From: Tubulanus polymorphus
Taxonomy: Eukaryota; Animalia; Nemertea
Length of the DNA: 64,000 bases
Assembly: GCF_964204645.1 (NCBI RefSeq)
Contig: NC_134030.1
Coordinates: 14,010,010-14,074,009, forward strand
Direction of reading: 5' to 3'
Shown here: positions 26,690-40,146 of the stretch, one piece after another
Layout: each line of letters starts with the position of its first letter
How positions within the stretch are numbered: the first letter of the stretch is position 1
Program-made: the position numbers and the translations under genes
The notes under the pieces: model-generated
Databases searched by the model: none
What the model saw: only the letters and a program-made list of their open reading frames with translations
Told to the model about the DNA's origin: nothing

Positions 26690-28275
26690 ATTTGTAGCGG
26701 CATGGGATCGACAGTATATACTTCATTAAATCTTGGTAGCGAGAGCAGGTAAGTCCAGAATAGGTCCGCTACAGGTGGGTACGCCTAGGTCGATTCTGCC
26801 CCTGGAGAGGACAGAATAAGGGGTCAATGACCGCCCTAGGACAATCGTCGAAAAATACTATGCGATTTGCTAACTCGTGAGATTCGATTCGGTTTCCCGC
26901 CTAAACATAACTCTGACCAGTACAGTCGGTCGAATTTCTCAAGAACCACAGCCGGAAGTCACCACCTTTCGTTACGTCGGCCATTCGTAATCGAATCGAC
27001 TCCGACCGTAAATTCGAGAGAAACTAAAAATAGGCGATCGGTTTCTTCGACTATACAATTCAAGTGCAGTCTGAATTTTATTCCGGTTTCCATAAGCTCT
27101 ACCGAATCCCACTGAATCTCGCGACAGTCATAGGCAAATAAGGCAATCGCATTACTAGAATATCATGCTCGAATATATATATACTCCGAAAAATCGAACG
27201 CATAATCAAAAGAAGTAACAATTCATAGTTAAAAATGACATGTATGAATATTTATTGATTTATTCAGGTCGAGAATCGTGGCGAAATGAACAGGCTATTA
27301 GGATTTGACTAGGCCTCGGACCTCCGAGCGATCTCGGGTCGAGAGGCGGCAAGGGCGAATATCCGACTTCGAGAGAAACCCGCGTTGTCAAGACAACGCA
27401 GATTACCCGAGTCATGATTCGAGAGAATTCGCTCGAAGCTCAGGCGATGAAAGTCTTCGAGCGAGAAAAGGTAGAGACTAATACTCGAGGCGAGTCCACT
27501 CGAAGTCGAATAAACGTAATTCATACGGGATAAAAGGCTATGATGTTCTTCCATTGCAGTGATCCTTGGTCGGATTCTCCTTTGATTTCGGGTTCAGACG
27601 AAGTATTCGAGCGGGGCCGGAGCCCTGTCCGAGGGACGTGGTTTGAAATGACTTATCGCATCATTCCGGGGTCAATACAGACCTGAATAAGGCAATTAGA
27701 CTGTGCGTCTGGCGATTTTTAAGAGATCGATTATTCAGCGAGCGATTACAACCTCTCTCAACGTGTCTCAAACACAGAATGTCAGAAATGCGGTTCTGAC
27801 CGCTCTTAGATAGGCCGCCTTCTACGTTGATTGGCTAATAGGCAAATTACTGCGCGAAAAAAAATGCCGGCGCACGCGGCTTTGGGTAGGCGTACATGAC
27901 TGGAATTTTCGATGAACTATCTCGAAATCAATCCTCGTTTGGATATTTGCTATTAAAAGAGCAGAAACCCTTCACGGAAAAGACTTGGCAATATCCCAGG
28001 TAAAAGGAACTATTCCGTAAAACGGCCGTCTACGATGAGGTGATACGGCACTTCCGTATTTCAGCGATTTTGAATAGTGCGGCTCTGAATTGGCGAGTTT
28101 TCCTCAAAAGACGGATATAATGCTATCGCGGACTGGTCATCAGGTCTGAAGGTTGGTTCCATGGTCAATCTCGCCACATGACTATAGTACACTATCCGAT
28201 GGAATAATAAGCTCCACTCCTCGACAAACTCGTTCCCGTGCATTTTTATCTCTCTGTTTCACACACACAGCCCCT

Positions 28276-31200
28276 CGGTTCCTGAACTTCGCTGAAAAAG
28301 CTGAAACACTGAAAAGCTGAAACGCTGAAATAAAAACGCTGAAATTTCAGGGAATTTCCGAAAAACGCCGAAATTTCAGGGAATTCCCGAAAAACGCTGA
28401 AATCGTGCTAGGTACCGACAATACACGTTTTGAAATTCTTTCCGGGCCGGTGTCCGCTGCCGAGTCCTGAACCGTCTTTTAGACTCTACCTTCGGTTACA
28501 GAGACATGCCTTGAGGTCGTCGTCATGTTCGACTTGATCGATTGCGGATTGCGTGGATTGTTAGATGTGTTTTTTGTTTTATGCGCATATACCGGTACGA
28601 TCTAACAATGAAATTATCACTCCATTTGAATAAATTCTTAATTACAGTAATATTAATTCTCAATATTTTTTCTTATATTTGGTGATTTCTTCCAACTTAT
28701 CATTGCCAAGTCTCATACAAAAGTAGTAGCTGAATGAAAGTACAGTAGTAAGGCTGAACCTGATAACCCAAATTAAGTGCTATCATGGAACTTATGACTA
28801 CTTTGATTCTATTTTGGTGTGAATAAAGGTTCAACCGTCATAGTATACTGTACTTAGCATTACTACGATTGGGTGCCATATTTCTACAATCTCTTCAAGG
28901 AAGGAGTCTTGGAGTGTCTTTCGTTCCCGGGTAGGCATCCTCGCTTGCCAGGAGACCAGTATCGCTCCCAAACTCGCTTCCACCTGCCCCCTGGCCTCAC
29001 GACGCGCGATTTCATTACCGGCGTTTTAGCGAATGACGTCATATATCAACACGCGACAATACTTCCGTTTTCGCTACGTGTTCGCTGATTGGTCCATTTA
29101 CCGGGAAATTCCATAGATGCCAAATGTCGTTTGTAACAAGCGCTGTGATTGGCCCGACCTGATTCTGGTCGTCTAGTAACGACTCGAGGTCAAGCGGTTC
29201 GGAGAACAGCTTTAGTCAAGTTGGTTCGAATCCCTTGACAGGTGAAGATGCCGGGTAGGGTACGGGGTAAAACCTGGTTTACTTTCTCTGTCTACTTGCT
29301 GGAGACTACTATCTGCAATGTATTGCAAGTTTTTATTTGTTTGGCTTATGAGAGTCGAACAACGTTTTCCCATACACAGGCTTGGCTTTAGTACTAGATG
29401 AAGGCTAGGCACTGCACATTGTGGATTGACTGGAACTCTAAACTCACAAAATTAAACGAGTCAACAAGAAAGATCCAATAATTTGACGTTTGTCTAATTA
29501 TATTATTTAACAGCTTAAAATAATACTTAACACATTATAAGAATACACAAAAGAAATCAGTTCTTACATTATATCAGAATCAATAGTTCGCTTAACTCGG
29601 GCTTGAATTCTGGTTCCATTGCTTTATATTCTAATGAAATTCACTAGCATACCTTAGAATATTGCTTAGCTTAAGATAAAAAATTTGGTACCAGGAAAAC
29701 GGGGAAGTAAAGTGGGTGTACTGTACATCCCCAATTGACTTATTTCTCTCTGGTTGAATCAAGTTATTACTGAAATAGCATTCGAATAGCCATTTTGTTT
29801 TTAAAAATTGTGTCATTCAGCTATCCTGCTGCAAATTTCGCAGTTCAAGTTAACTAGTGCCATCTGATTTCTCAGTATCTCCAATTTGCACATTCTTAGC
29901 CCGAGTCTAAAAATAGAAAAAAAGTGCATTTAAAGTAGGAAATAAAAGAATAGTGGCTAACACACTCTGGAGATATAGCCTATGGGGTGGGCCTAGTTTG
30001 AAAGCACTGAGGTCCGAGGGAACAGCACTTAGTAAATAAATACTGAAATCAAACTTACAAAACACCCAATACTTGAGATGATGTACTTGACAAGAAGTGT
30101 GTCCAGCTGAGCAAATCAACTTTATCTATGACTCCTCCTTTTATAGATACCGTAGTAGTCTAAAAATAAGAATCGGTACATTTTTCTAACAGTTGGTATG
30201 TCATTTAAAAAAAAAAAACCTATTATTATCACAACACAGCAAATAAATTACAGTTGTTGAATGGTTTGCCCGATTTAGATTAATTGGTTGACGCTAATTA
30301 GTATGACCTATAAGTAGGGGCCTACTGCATGTCATTGGCGTCAATCCATTCCATTCCACGGTGAATTAAAAAGAAATTTAGTTAGATCCCTTTTGTCCAA
30401 AAGCTGCATCATTTATATAACTAGCTGTCAAATTTAATTTACCTCCTTCAGAGAATACCATAGGGCATTCCTTTACTTTCGCACCGCACTATGTTCCACT
30501 CTGTCTACGTCCTTCAAACTTATGTCACTGGTGTATTTTTGTATGAGGAATCTTATGGTGAAGTCCGTTTTTTAATATCTCCAACAGAAAATAAAATTCG
30601 CTTTTTTTTCACAGGTAATGGTCATCTCGTCAGCAATTATTTTTTGGTTGTGTTAAAAAGTCGTAATAGGATCAATTCATTTCAATTGATTTTATTGATA
30701 CAGAAAAGTATGAAAAATATTTCAAGTATTCAACATCTAACAAATAATGTTTGTAAATGTGTAACGTTGTTCATAAAATCCTAAAAATAAATTTACAATT
30801 TTCCTTAAATAGGTTGTTTTTCTTTTTGATATGGGAAAGTCACACGGGCGGCTACTGGGATCCTGGGCATCTCTTCTGTTTTTATACAATGTAACAAATG
30901 ACTGAGTGACAGATCATGATCAAAGGACTTTTAGTATATATATATATATAACAATGTATAAACCCACGGCAGTTCACTGCTGTGGGAATGAGATGAATGA
31001 GACAAACCCACAGCAATAGTTTAACAACCTGTGGAAAATGCCGCCGATGCCATCAATTTCCAAAATGAATAAATACTGAAAGTAAAAATGCCCTCGCATC
31101 ATACGTCTCAAGATGGCTCAAGCCGGAGGACAGTGGCCAATTTTATCCGCTGTGACTCGACGAGAGGCACGTATATATTGTATATTTGTATATTTTCATT

Positions 31201-32033
31201 TTCTGTATCATGTATGTTTCTTAGGCATCATTGACCGTTTTATTAATCCAATAATAATAATCATTTTTTCTATTCTATTCCAAAAATGTGTCTTTTTAAC
31301 TGTTTCTGTCGGTAGTTAGTAAGACCGGAGGCCATAGTCCGACTTTTACTGCTTCCCAACATGGCGACCATTTGCAGCACGTAAAAACTGGAGGAAGAAA
31401 ATTTTATAAAAAAGCGAATTTTATTTTCTGTTGAGAGATATTAAAAAACGGACTTCACCATAAGATTCCCCATACAAAAATACACCAGTGACATAAGTTT
31501 GAAGGACGTAGACAGAGTGGAACATAGTGCGGTGCGAAAGTAAAGGAATGCCTACCATAGTCCGTCGCCCATCAACGTGTTGACAAAAGAAAAGTTGCTT
31601 ATAATCCTGTTTTATACATGAACGATAGAAGTAAACCATATTCTTGGAATATTGAGCATAGTGTTTAAGTTGGCTTGCACGGTTTGTGAATGGGTTTTCC
31701 TCATCATGCTGCCTGTATGCATTAAAAATCCGGATTTCAAGCGAATTAATTTGTTCAACATGTGGCCCTCTAGAAGTATACTCCACACATACTGCCCATG
31801 CATGTCTCTGTAACCGAAGGTGGAGACTAAAAGACGGTTCAGGACTCGGCAGCGGATACCGGCCCGGAAATTATTTCAAAACGTGTATTGTCGGTACCTA
31901 GCACGATTTCAGCGTTTTTCGGGAATTCCCTGAAATTTCGGCGTTTTTCGGAAATTCCCTGAAATTTCAGCGTTTTTATTTCAGCGATTCAGCGTTTCAG
32001 TGTTTCAGCTTTTTCAGCGAAGTTCAGGAACCG
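28276..32033. mobile_element. Mutator-like non-autonomous DNA transposon
   Basis: ~234-bp TIRs (28276-28509 / 31800-32033) with internal gctgaaa repeats; 9-bp TSD ACAGCCCCT at 28267 and 32034. Confidence 0.9.
30464..31552. mobile_element. Nested MITE (Merlin- or Mutator-like)
   Basis: ~140-bp TIRs starting GGCATTCCTTTACTTTCG; 8-bp TSD TACCATAG at 30456 and 31553. Confidence 0.88.
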
Positions 32034-34949
32034 ACAGCCCCTCTACCATCAATGCCTAACCCCTGTTCGACCAACTGTGGGCGTTTTCCTTTGAAACATA
32101 AGCCTAATTGTAGAAGATAAGCATTAATCTATGTTAATGCTGCATCTTTATCATGAAACCTAAGAAAGATTATTCTATTATTTAGGAATCACGCTTTGTG
32201 ACGAAGAAATTGGTTCTAGGCTATAAATTTTACGACTCAAACGAATCTTTTCCTCAACAAAGCCGCTTTTAGTTTGATGCAAAATGAAATTTGCTTTTAA
32301 AATGTGTAACTAGGCCTAATCAAAAGGATATTTCAAAAGCAAACTTTGCCGGGCCAAGAGCCATATTGAATTCAATTTTTTCCGAACCATTATGCCTCTT
32401 TCATCATAACATTATTTATCCTATTTCAAGATCTTAGGCCTACAAGTAGAGAGAGGGCCTACGTCGGGTTCAAATCGGAATTTTATGATTTATTTCATTT
32501 AATTCCAGGTTTTCACTGTAGATTATCAAAGACATGTGGCGTTGTGGGAGTTCATAGTTGTTTGATGATCCATCATTTGTAAGTGTAAGGCTATTTGAGG
32601 GATTCGAAACCGACATTTTGTAAATTTTGTAGCTTTATTACGTTTAATTCCAGATTATCATGACACGTTTCATTATGGGGGTTTGTCAGCGAGTTGGTAT
32701 GCTGTCGACAGAAGTAGTTTGATAATTCGTTTCATGTAAGTAAACAGCTATTTGAAGGATTCGAAACCGAAATCTGTATTGTGAATTTTTTAGTTGTATT
32801 TTGTTTGATTCTAGGTGAATAGGACATGATTCATTTTGGGAGTTTGTACCCGAGTTTGTATACTGTCAAATGAAGTTTCTTCGTCAATTTGTCGTATGTA
32901 AGTATCAATCTATAGGTTATATAGGCCCTATTAGGTGTTCGATACAGAAATTTTGTGAATTCCTCAGATTTATTTTAATTTATTCCAGGTTGTTATCAGA
33001 AAAATATGTACTTTATTTCATAGGTTGGTCTTTGATTGAAAACTAAAAATGGATGATAGTTCTAAATTTGATGTTGATTCACATGACCAATCTAGTAAGT
33101 ATGGCTCACTCGTCTTTTAGAATAAGAGACCTACTGCATTAATCCTTCAATTCAAGTTGCTATACAACCTTTTATACAGATATTTACCTTATCAATATAA
33201 ACATGTTTTTGCCATTAGCCATACAATTCAGTAAAACTTTTCCCGTCCAGATTTTGAAACATCATTTGACTCAATTTTTCCTCCTAGAAAATTGCTTTAG
33301 CTCATTCCAATGTTCGCAGTAAAAGTGAATGTAGCATGTATGATTCCCATCCATCAATTTTGTCTTGTTTCGTATTTTTAGCGAAAATCTCGAAAAATCT
33401 TGACGTCGAGGCAGGTGGTGGCCAGACAAAGACATATTCTTGGGAAATATTTAAAGGCGCATGGCAAACACACTTATTGTTCAATTTTTTCCTATCCTTA
33501 TTTTGAAATCGAAGTATTGTAATAAACTATTGATTTATTTTTGTTGATCAACGCAACTAGTTTTGTTGTTTTCTTTCTTAATTTACAAACTGACTTCACA
33601 GAATTTGATTATGAGTCAAGGATTTTCTAAATTTCTGAATGCTTTCTCTGGTTTTAAGATCAATTCAAATTCAATCTTCAAAATATTTTATTGAAAGAAA
33701 TTCTACTGAAGACAGATTTTGAAATGAAGGATATATCCAGGCAAATGATTATAGCAAAATCAACTGATGATCATCAAGGTGAAGTTTTCATTCATCTTCG
33801 GCTAATTTGTCTACCCCTGATGATTGAAGCATTTTGGTTACTCGTGCCAATTAGTCAGCCACAGTCGATTTTCATGCCATCTGACCTCTTTCCATCTGTA
33901 ATTAAGCAATCAAATGTAAGAATTACTTAGGTAAGGAGCGAAATAATATATAGATATCTTAGGAGACTATTTGAAATCATGAGTTTGTTGTGAAAATCTA
34001 TTACTACAGTCTCGTAGAGCATAGACACCAAGCCACGTGGCATTGGTATTTTAAGGGCTATTCAGTTTACTCCAAAACAAGTCAATGATTAACATTAAAA
34101 AAGCTTCGTATCAAGGGTATGTCGACTCGTGACGCCCATGAATTATCATCCCATAATTACAATGAAGCCAATTCTGCATGTACATTAGCACGACTGATTA
34201 CTAATCCAAATATTGCATTACAAAAAAAAAAAATTACGCAAAACGTCAAGTACTTACAGCATCTGAGACAGTTGCGCTTAAGTTAGCGTGTTAAGTTACG
34301 TCTTTGGCTGTCAATGTCGAAAAAGCCTAATTTGAAACATACATTTGCGCACTGTGGTTTAATATTCCTGCAAGAATCCGCAAAGGAATTGAAGACCGTA
34401 GTGACTAGTTCATTCCACGAATAATAGCTGGAAAGAAAGTAATCAAAATAAATTGTCATGCACATTCAGTGTAAACCAGGCCATAACAAGCTGCTATTAA
34501 GGCATTCCACTGACTGGCTCTACCATTATATTTAGGGCCTAAATCTATTCTAGGCGCATCCCCCAAAAAAGCTAGGCATTAATTAAAGAAATCATTTAAT
34601 ACATTCCCTGGTTAACGGATTCTCACCTTAAAATACATAAACTCCGCTGTCGTTGTCATCGATCCGAGTCGTCAACTGAACGCGGAAGTAAAATTCCGTG
34701 CGAAAATTCCTACAATTTCTGTCCATATCACGTTGATTTGACCCCGAAATCTTCAGGAAATGTAGCCAACGTAAATTGATTTACGAATAGAATTAATCAA
34801 TTTTATTTTAGAAATCATGGTTTCGTGAAATTCATTAGGGTCCTAAAACTTGCGATAAATTTAAGCCGAAAATGATTTCAACCATCCACCATGTTGTTTC
34901 ATTAATAAAACAATTATTGCGCGCCGGCGCTGTACTGTGATAATGCATG

Positions 34950-35020
34950 GTTTCACTAGGATTCGAACCCTCGACCTCTCAGTTGGGAGTCAAACACCTT
35001 ATCCACCATGCCACAGAGGA
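34950..35020 (-). repeat. tRNA-derived (SINE-head-like) sequence
   Basis: A-box-like tggcatggtgg and B-box ggttcgaatcc at tRNA spacing on -; no convincing acceptor stem. Confidence 0.55.
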
Positions 35021-36666
35021 CAGGACGCTGTTTTTATCGTTAGTGGGAGTACCGGACAGGGCGAGTCGCGATTGCTACTATCATCCGGTGTTATCTTTCA
35101 GTAAGTAATTTTAAGTTTAAAATAGCACGGAGAGTGCATAGGTATAATCTACGCGGAGCGAATGCGTGTTATATTACTATCAGAATTCTACATTTCAATT
35201 AGAAGCAGTTGTCGAATCTGATAGAAGATGAATTTTATGTGCGAAAAAAAAGTGGAAAATATGTAAATAATAATAATAACAATCAACAGAATTAAAAAAG
35301 GGTTTTCGACGAAAGTCAGAAAACCCTAATAATCACGCGAATTTCAATAGGGTTTTCTGTGAAGCAACAGAAAACCCTAATAAACGCATTTCAGTGACAA
35401 TGGCATGATTTAATTTTTTTGTAAACAGAGATGTGAAAATAACTCTACAATATGCTTAAAACGGTTGCTTACTACAAATTACCATATTCCTTAACTTTGG
35501 CCCCAAAATACTGCACTTATGAAAATCGATATAATATTTGGATTTCACCTGAAATATTGTTTTCTTAAAGTACTCTAATGAAGTAATCTTATTATATGGA
35601 TAGTTCTCGAGGAATGGATTATAAGCAATATTTATTCAATTATGGATAACCGTGACGGAGATGAATGGGTTCGTGGCGCCATATGTTATAGTGACGTCAT
35701 AGAGGTCAGTTAATGGTCATTCAGCACTGCTGAGCAATGTAAGTGAAAGAGTTTTATCTGAAATTACAAAAAAATAGTATTTGTTGCATGAAACTCTGAA
35801 ACAAAAATATTGTGAAGTACTAACTACAAGTTTTCACATACAGCGGAGAATGACCCTGTAATACTTAGGAAGAAATCTTTAGTGTAAAACATATAAAACT
35901 ATTGAAGCCATGAGATTTAATGTAGAAATCTGACTTTTTTTAACTCAAGAAAAATCTATTCTCGTGTAATCGATAAAACAATAGGCTCTCAATATGTAAT
36001 CAACGTTCCCAAACTCCCACGTTGTTTTTCGCAGAAAATGTTTTTTTTTTAAATTTAATCACGGGTCCCTTAATTCGCTCGAAGGTCTATCATATTTTGG
36101 GTGATTTTCTTTGGTCACGCCACCGGGTGCCTTCCTTCAGCAAAACCTACATTTTTTACAATGTTGAACTTGGAAACAAATTTCTTGTGTAAAACATAAA
36201 CTGTTAAAGCCGTTCGTAGAACATATCTGACGATACAGAAAGATTTATTGTCGTATGAAAGATAAAACAAGCAAGGCTTTCAATTTGTAATCAACTCTCC
36301 CAAAGCATGTTTTTTTTTCGCAAAAAGGAATTCCTTTTCCATACATGTATTTATTTGATCACGGCGAATCTTCGCTTGAATAGATCTTCGACATCTTGGG
36401 TGATTTTCTTTCGCCACGGCACACCGAACACGTGCCCCCGCAAAACCTATGTTTTTTTACAACGTAGAATTCTATATAAATTGCCGAAAGGGCACTCGCC
36501 TTTATTTAATTCATTAAAACTCTGGCTGTGCGCTTCACCAAGTTTCGACTTTGACATATTAATAAGCGCACAGCGAGCGCCGAAGGCGCGAGCTGGAAGC
36601 GCAGCTCCTTAAGTTAATCGCGCGTATGAGGCAAATTCAAATTTTCTATATTTCTCCATACCGTCC

Positions 36667-37796
36667 GGGTCTGACTATTTCAGATGGCTGGGAGTCACCT
36701 TCATTTCGGTCTGCAAATTATACATTTAGACTTTACCTACGTATCTAAAATGGCGGACGATTCAACTTCATCTTCCGATCCGTCTTATTCTTGTCATAAT
36801 TGTCATGATTTTATGGCGGTCTCAGCACTCATCAATGAACACGAATTGAAGTCAAGAACTAAGTGGTGCGTCTGGTGGAAGGAAAAGATCTCTGAATATA
36901 GTGGTGGTATGTTTATCTTTGTCTATCTGAATCTAGTCAGTAGTCTTGTTAATTGTTTTCTGTTCTATCTATATAGGCCTATTGTACAGTATAATAACTT
37001 ATAAGCTGATGAGTGTTGTGTTAAGAAAACACTTGTCGTGTGCAACATGCTTTTTTCTCTTTCACTTACTGCTTTTTGACTTAATGTTTTTGTCTAATAC
37101 TCCATATAACATGTATATGATGTATTTTTGATAAAGATTATTGGGATCATTACACAGCACAAATGTGGTGTCGATTAGTTCACATAAAAAATATGCTAAT
37201 TATTTGAATATAGGAACATTTAAATCACCATATTTGTATATCAATGACTTGTAATATTCACCATATTGTACTCAATGTCACCTAACATCATCTGCACCGT
37301 ATGCACTATTAAAATGCTGTAAGGCCGTGTTGTAATCCAATTTTTTTTTTGTCAATCAGAACTATGTACATGTATATTTAAATTTTAAAATTGTGTAAGT
37401 GAGTGTGTGTGATTTATATCAGAACAATGTGGTGTTTATTCAAATTTAGAAATTTGTGAAATAAAAATGTTTGTATGGTACATATATGTTTATGGTTTTA
37501 GTTTATATTTTTCTTCAAGTTGAATGTAATTTGGGAGGACTTTTTAAGGAATTTCCTTTTGGAAAGCCGATCTCCTGATTGGAAATAAGTTTCTATTGGT
37601 CATTAATTTGAATTTCATTCAGACAAAAAATGAGAATTTTGTTTGAACGAATTGCGCTGAAGGACCGAGTTCGTGGAACGATTTACGGGATTCGAACCCA
37701 GTGTATTGGGCTACGTTACATCGTAGGGGAAGTCTAAATGTATAATTCGTTGACCGAAATGAAGGTGACTCCCAGCCATCTGAAATAGTCAGACCC
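36667..37796 (+). mobile_element. Mutator-like non-autonomous element
   Basis: TIRs GGGTCTGACTATTTCAGATGGCTGGGAGTCACC...; 9-bp TSD ATACCGTCC at 36658 and 37797. Confidence 0.92.
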
Positions 37797-37883
37797 ATAC
37801 CGTCCTTATCAAAAAGTGTAGTTTACATCCGGGACACATGGGCATTGGCTAAATCGCGGCGACGAAAATGACGGTCACGGACG

Positions 37884-39854
37884 TGTAGCGGATTTGGGTA
37901 GTAGCGTGGTCCAAATCCGTAGGCGTCCGCTACGGGGTCCGTCCCGGGTCACCTTACTTCGGGGAGTGAAGTAAAGAAGGAGCTGCCCTAAACTGCAGCT
38001 TCCCCGGGAAAAGGATTCATTCGTCAAAAATACTAAAAGTCGAGGATTATCTGTTGTACGTAAAAAAGGTTTGTCAACTCCACTGTTGTTGCTCCTACTT
38101 TCCCCATGACTCCAGGTTATCTGGCCAGAATAACCACCCCCAGCCCCACCTCTTGATGGACCGCGTTCGGAGGATTTCACCATAAAAATATCCATCTAGG
38201 GCTCAGTCATGACTCCTTCCAAGTGCGTTCCGTTGCACAATATCGTCCCCCCGTACAATCTCGCAGGATATCTCGCAACAACTAGTCTAGACCTCACATA
38301 TCTTCAACCTCACAGTCTCGAACTAATAAAAACAAAACCACGAATGATGCGACTCTCCTCTCCTCATGTTCCTTCTTCAGACGTGCCCAGCTTTCAAAAA
38401 CATAACAGACTCGCCATGTAGAAAATATATGTACAATAGCCATGTCATTAGGCCATTTATTAGGTCGATAAATACAGCATCAACAGGACATTTCCATAGT
38501 ACAGGACTATGAAAAAAATGCCTACAAACTGCTCTCAACCTCGCTCTAAGAGGTTTAACCAATTATTATAGATACATGTATTGCGAAAATCGCAATAAAA
38601 TATCATGGTGACAGATGGAAATCGCAGTATCAGCTTCAATAGGCTATCAAAGCTGGAGAGAAAGCGATTAAGTTCACCCAGCTTCAGAGTTGAAGCAAGG
38701 AATGCTTCAGATGCTTTGAAATAAGGATCTCAGGTAGAAAGCTTCAAATCATGCTTTCAGACGACTGCCAAAGTAACTATTCAGCTAGGCTGTATAAAAT
38801 TCGTAATGAAGTTTGAAGCATCACAAAGCTGGAAAGCTTGATGCTTTAAGAAACGTGCTTCGCATCACAAAAGCTGAGATCTTTAGTCTATGTACACGAT
38901 AATTCGAATCTTCTCTATCTACATGATAATTGTAGTTGAAGCATCTAAAAAATGAAAGCTTCAAAGCATCCTTCATGCTTCACGGGAACATGCTTCACCA
39001 TAAAGTTATTTGATTCTATCTACAAACATACGATACTTCACATCGATTATAGCTGAAGCATCTTAAAAGTGAAAGCTTCAAAGCATCATTGCTTCACCAT
39101 AATAAAGTTGTTTCATTCCATCTACATGCGATACTTCATGACGATTAGTTGAAGCATCTCAAAGCATCTCAAAGCTGAATGCTTCAAAAGTAAGGGTCTG
39201 GAAAACGATTCCCATATGTCACCATCCATGACGAAATAGCTTATAATACGCTGTCGTTAGAAATATAATTTAATTCTAACCATGTTCTATGCAATTGCTC
39301 ATCGAATAAAGGTAGTCAGTCAGCCGATCTTCAAATAAATATCTTCAGTTTGCTTGCTTTATAACTTGACGTAAGTTGACAATCAAGTTGTTATTACTGA
39401 GCAGCCGAACTGTCACACTTATATAGAGGCGCGGCGTGACGTCACAACAAAAACAAAGGCTCTAATTGGCCGAGAGACGCGAAGCATGACGTCACGCAAC
39501 AACAAAAGCCGCGATTGGCTAGAAAAACACGTGCAGCGACGAGCGCACAACAACAAAGGCTGTGGTTGGTTGAAAAACCGCAGCGAGGCTCAGCTCTGCA
39601 CATAAATTATTGAAACACGGGAATCGAACCCGCACGGATAAATATTATGAAAACCGCAAGAACTACGCGAATAGAAGTGAAAATAGAAGTCCCGCGACAG
39701 AAATAAAGGTAGATAAATCACTCAAATGTGAATCTATCCACCCCGCGCCTATATGGTTTAATTAATACAACGCGACAGGAAGGCAAATGAAGAGAGGGGA
39801 GGACACCGAAGCGAAAGAAAACAACAAATCAAATCAACATCAATTTTCGCTACA
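37884..39854 (-). repeat. 3' LTR of element C (1971 bp)
   Basis: TGTAGCG...CGCTACA termini; matches 44570-46538 apart from a few substitutions and short indels. Confidence 0.96.
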
Positions 39855-40146
39855 ATGCCCCCCCCTCTAGCCCTTTGCCTGTACATAAAAGATAAAAGGC
39901 AATGGGCGAAAATGCCCAAGAAAATTGCCAAGAACACTACAAAATACAAGAGAACGTCCGAATCCGATCTACGCACTAATTGAACACTAAAGCATACTAA
40001 TTCTCTACTAATACTCTACTAATACTCTAACTCGTATACATATACTAACTATACTAATATATTACAATACTCACTAACAACGTAACCGTACTAATAAAGA
40101 AGATGAGATAAAACTATATAACGCGATAGAAAGAAGGTCTGGAAGA

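Larger units (their letters stand above)
20513..28266 (-). mobile_element. Ty3/Gypsy LTR retrotransposon B (3' LTR and PPT deleted; outer end of 5' LTR uncertain)
   Basis: PBS 26672-26689 next to LTR end TGTAGCGG at 26693; gag, pol and ORF3 on -; I could not find the outer LTR terminus. Confidence 0.92.

Noticed and set aside
26766-26773. CCGCTACA as the end of an 81-bp LTR for element B
   Set aside because: LTR C has a similar internal ccgctac at the same relative position, and LTR-like sequence continues for ~1.5 kb
34950-35020. Functional tRNA gene
   Set aside because: A and B boxes are present but the acceptor stem does not pair convincingly; more likely SINE-derived
37875-38562. Short ORFs in LTR C, and the paired ORFs at 41617/43130 and 30491/31421
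   Set aside because: Their recurrence is explained by LTR or TIR duplication; indels between copies break the frames; no recognisable domains
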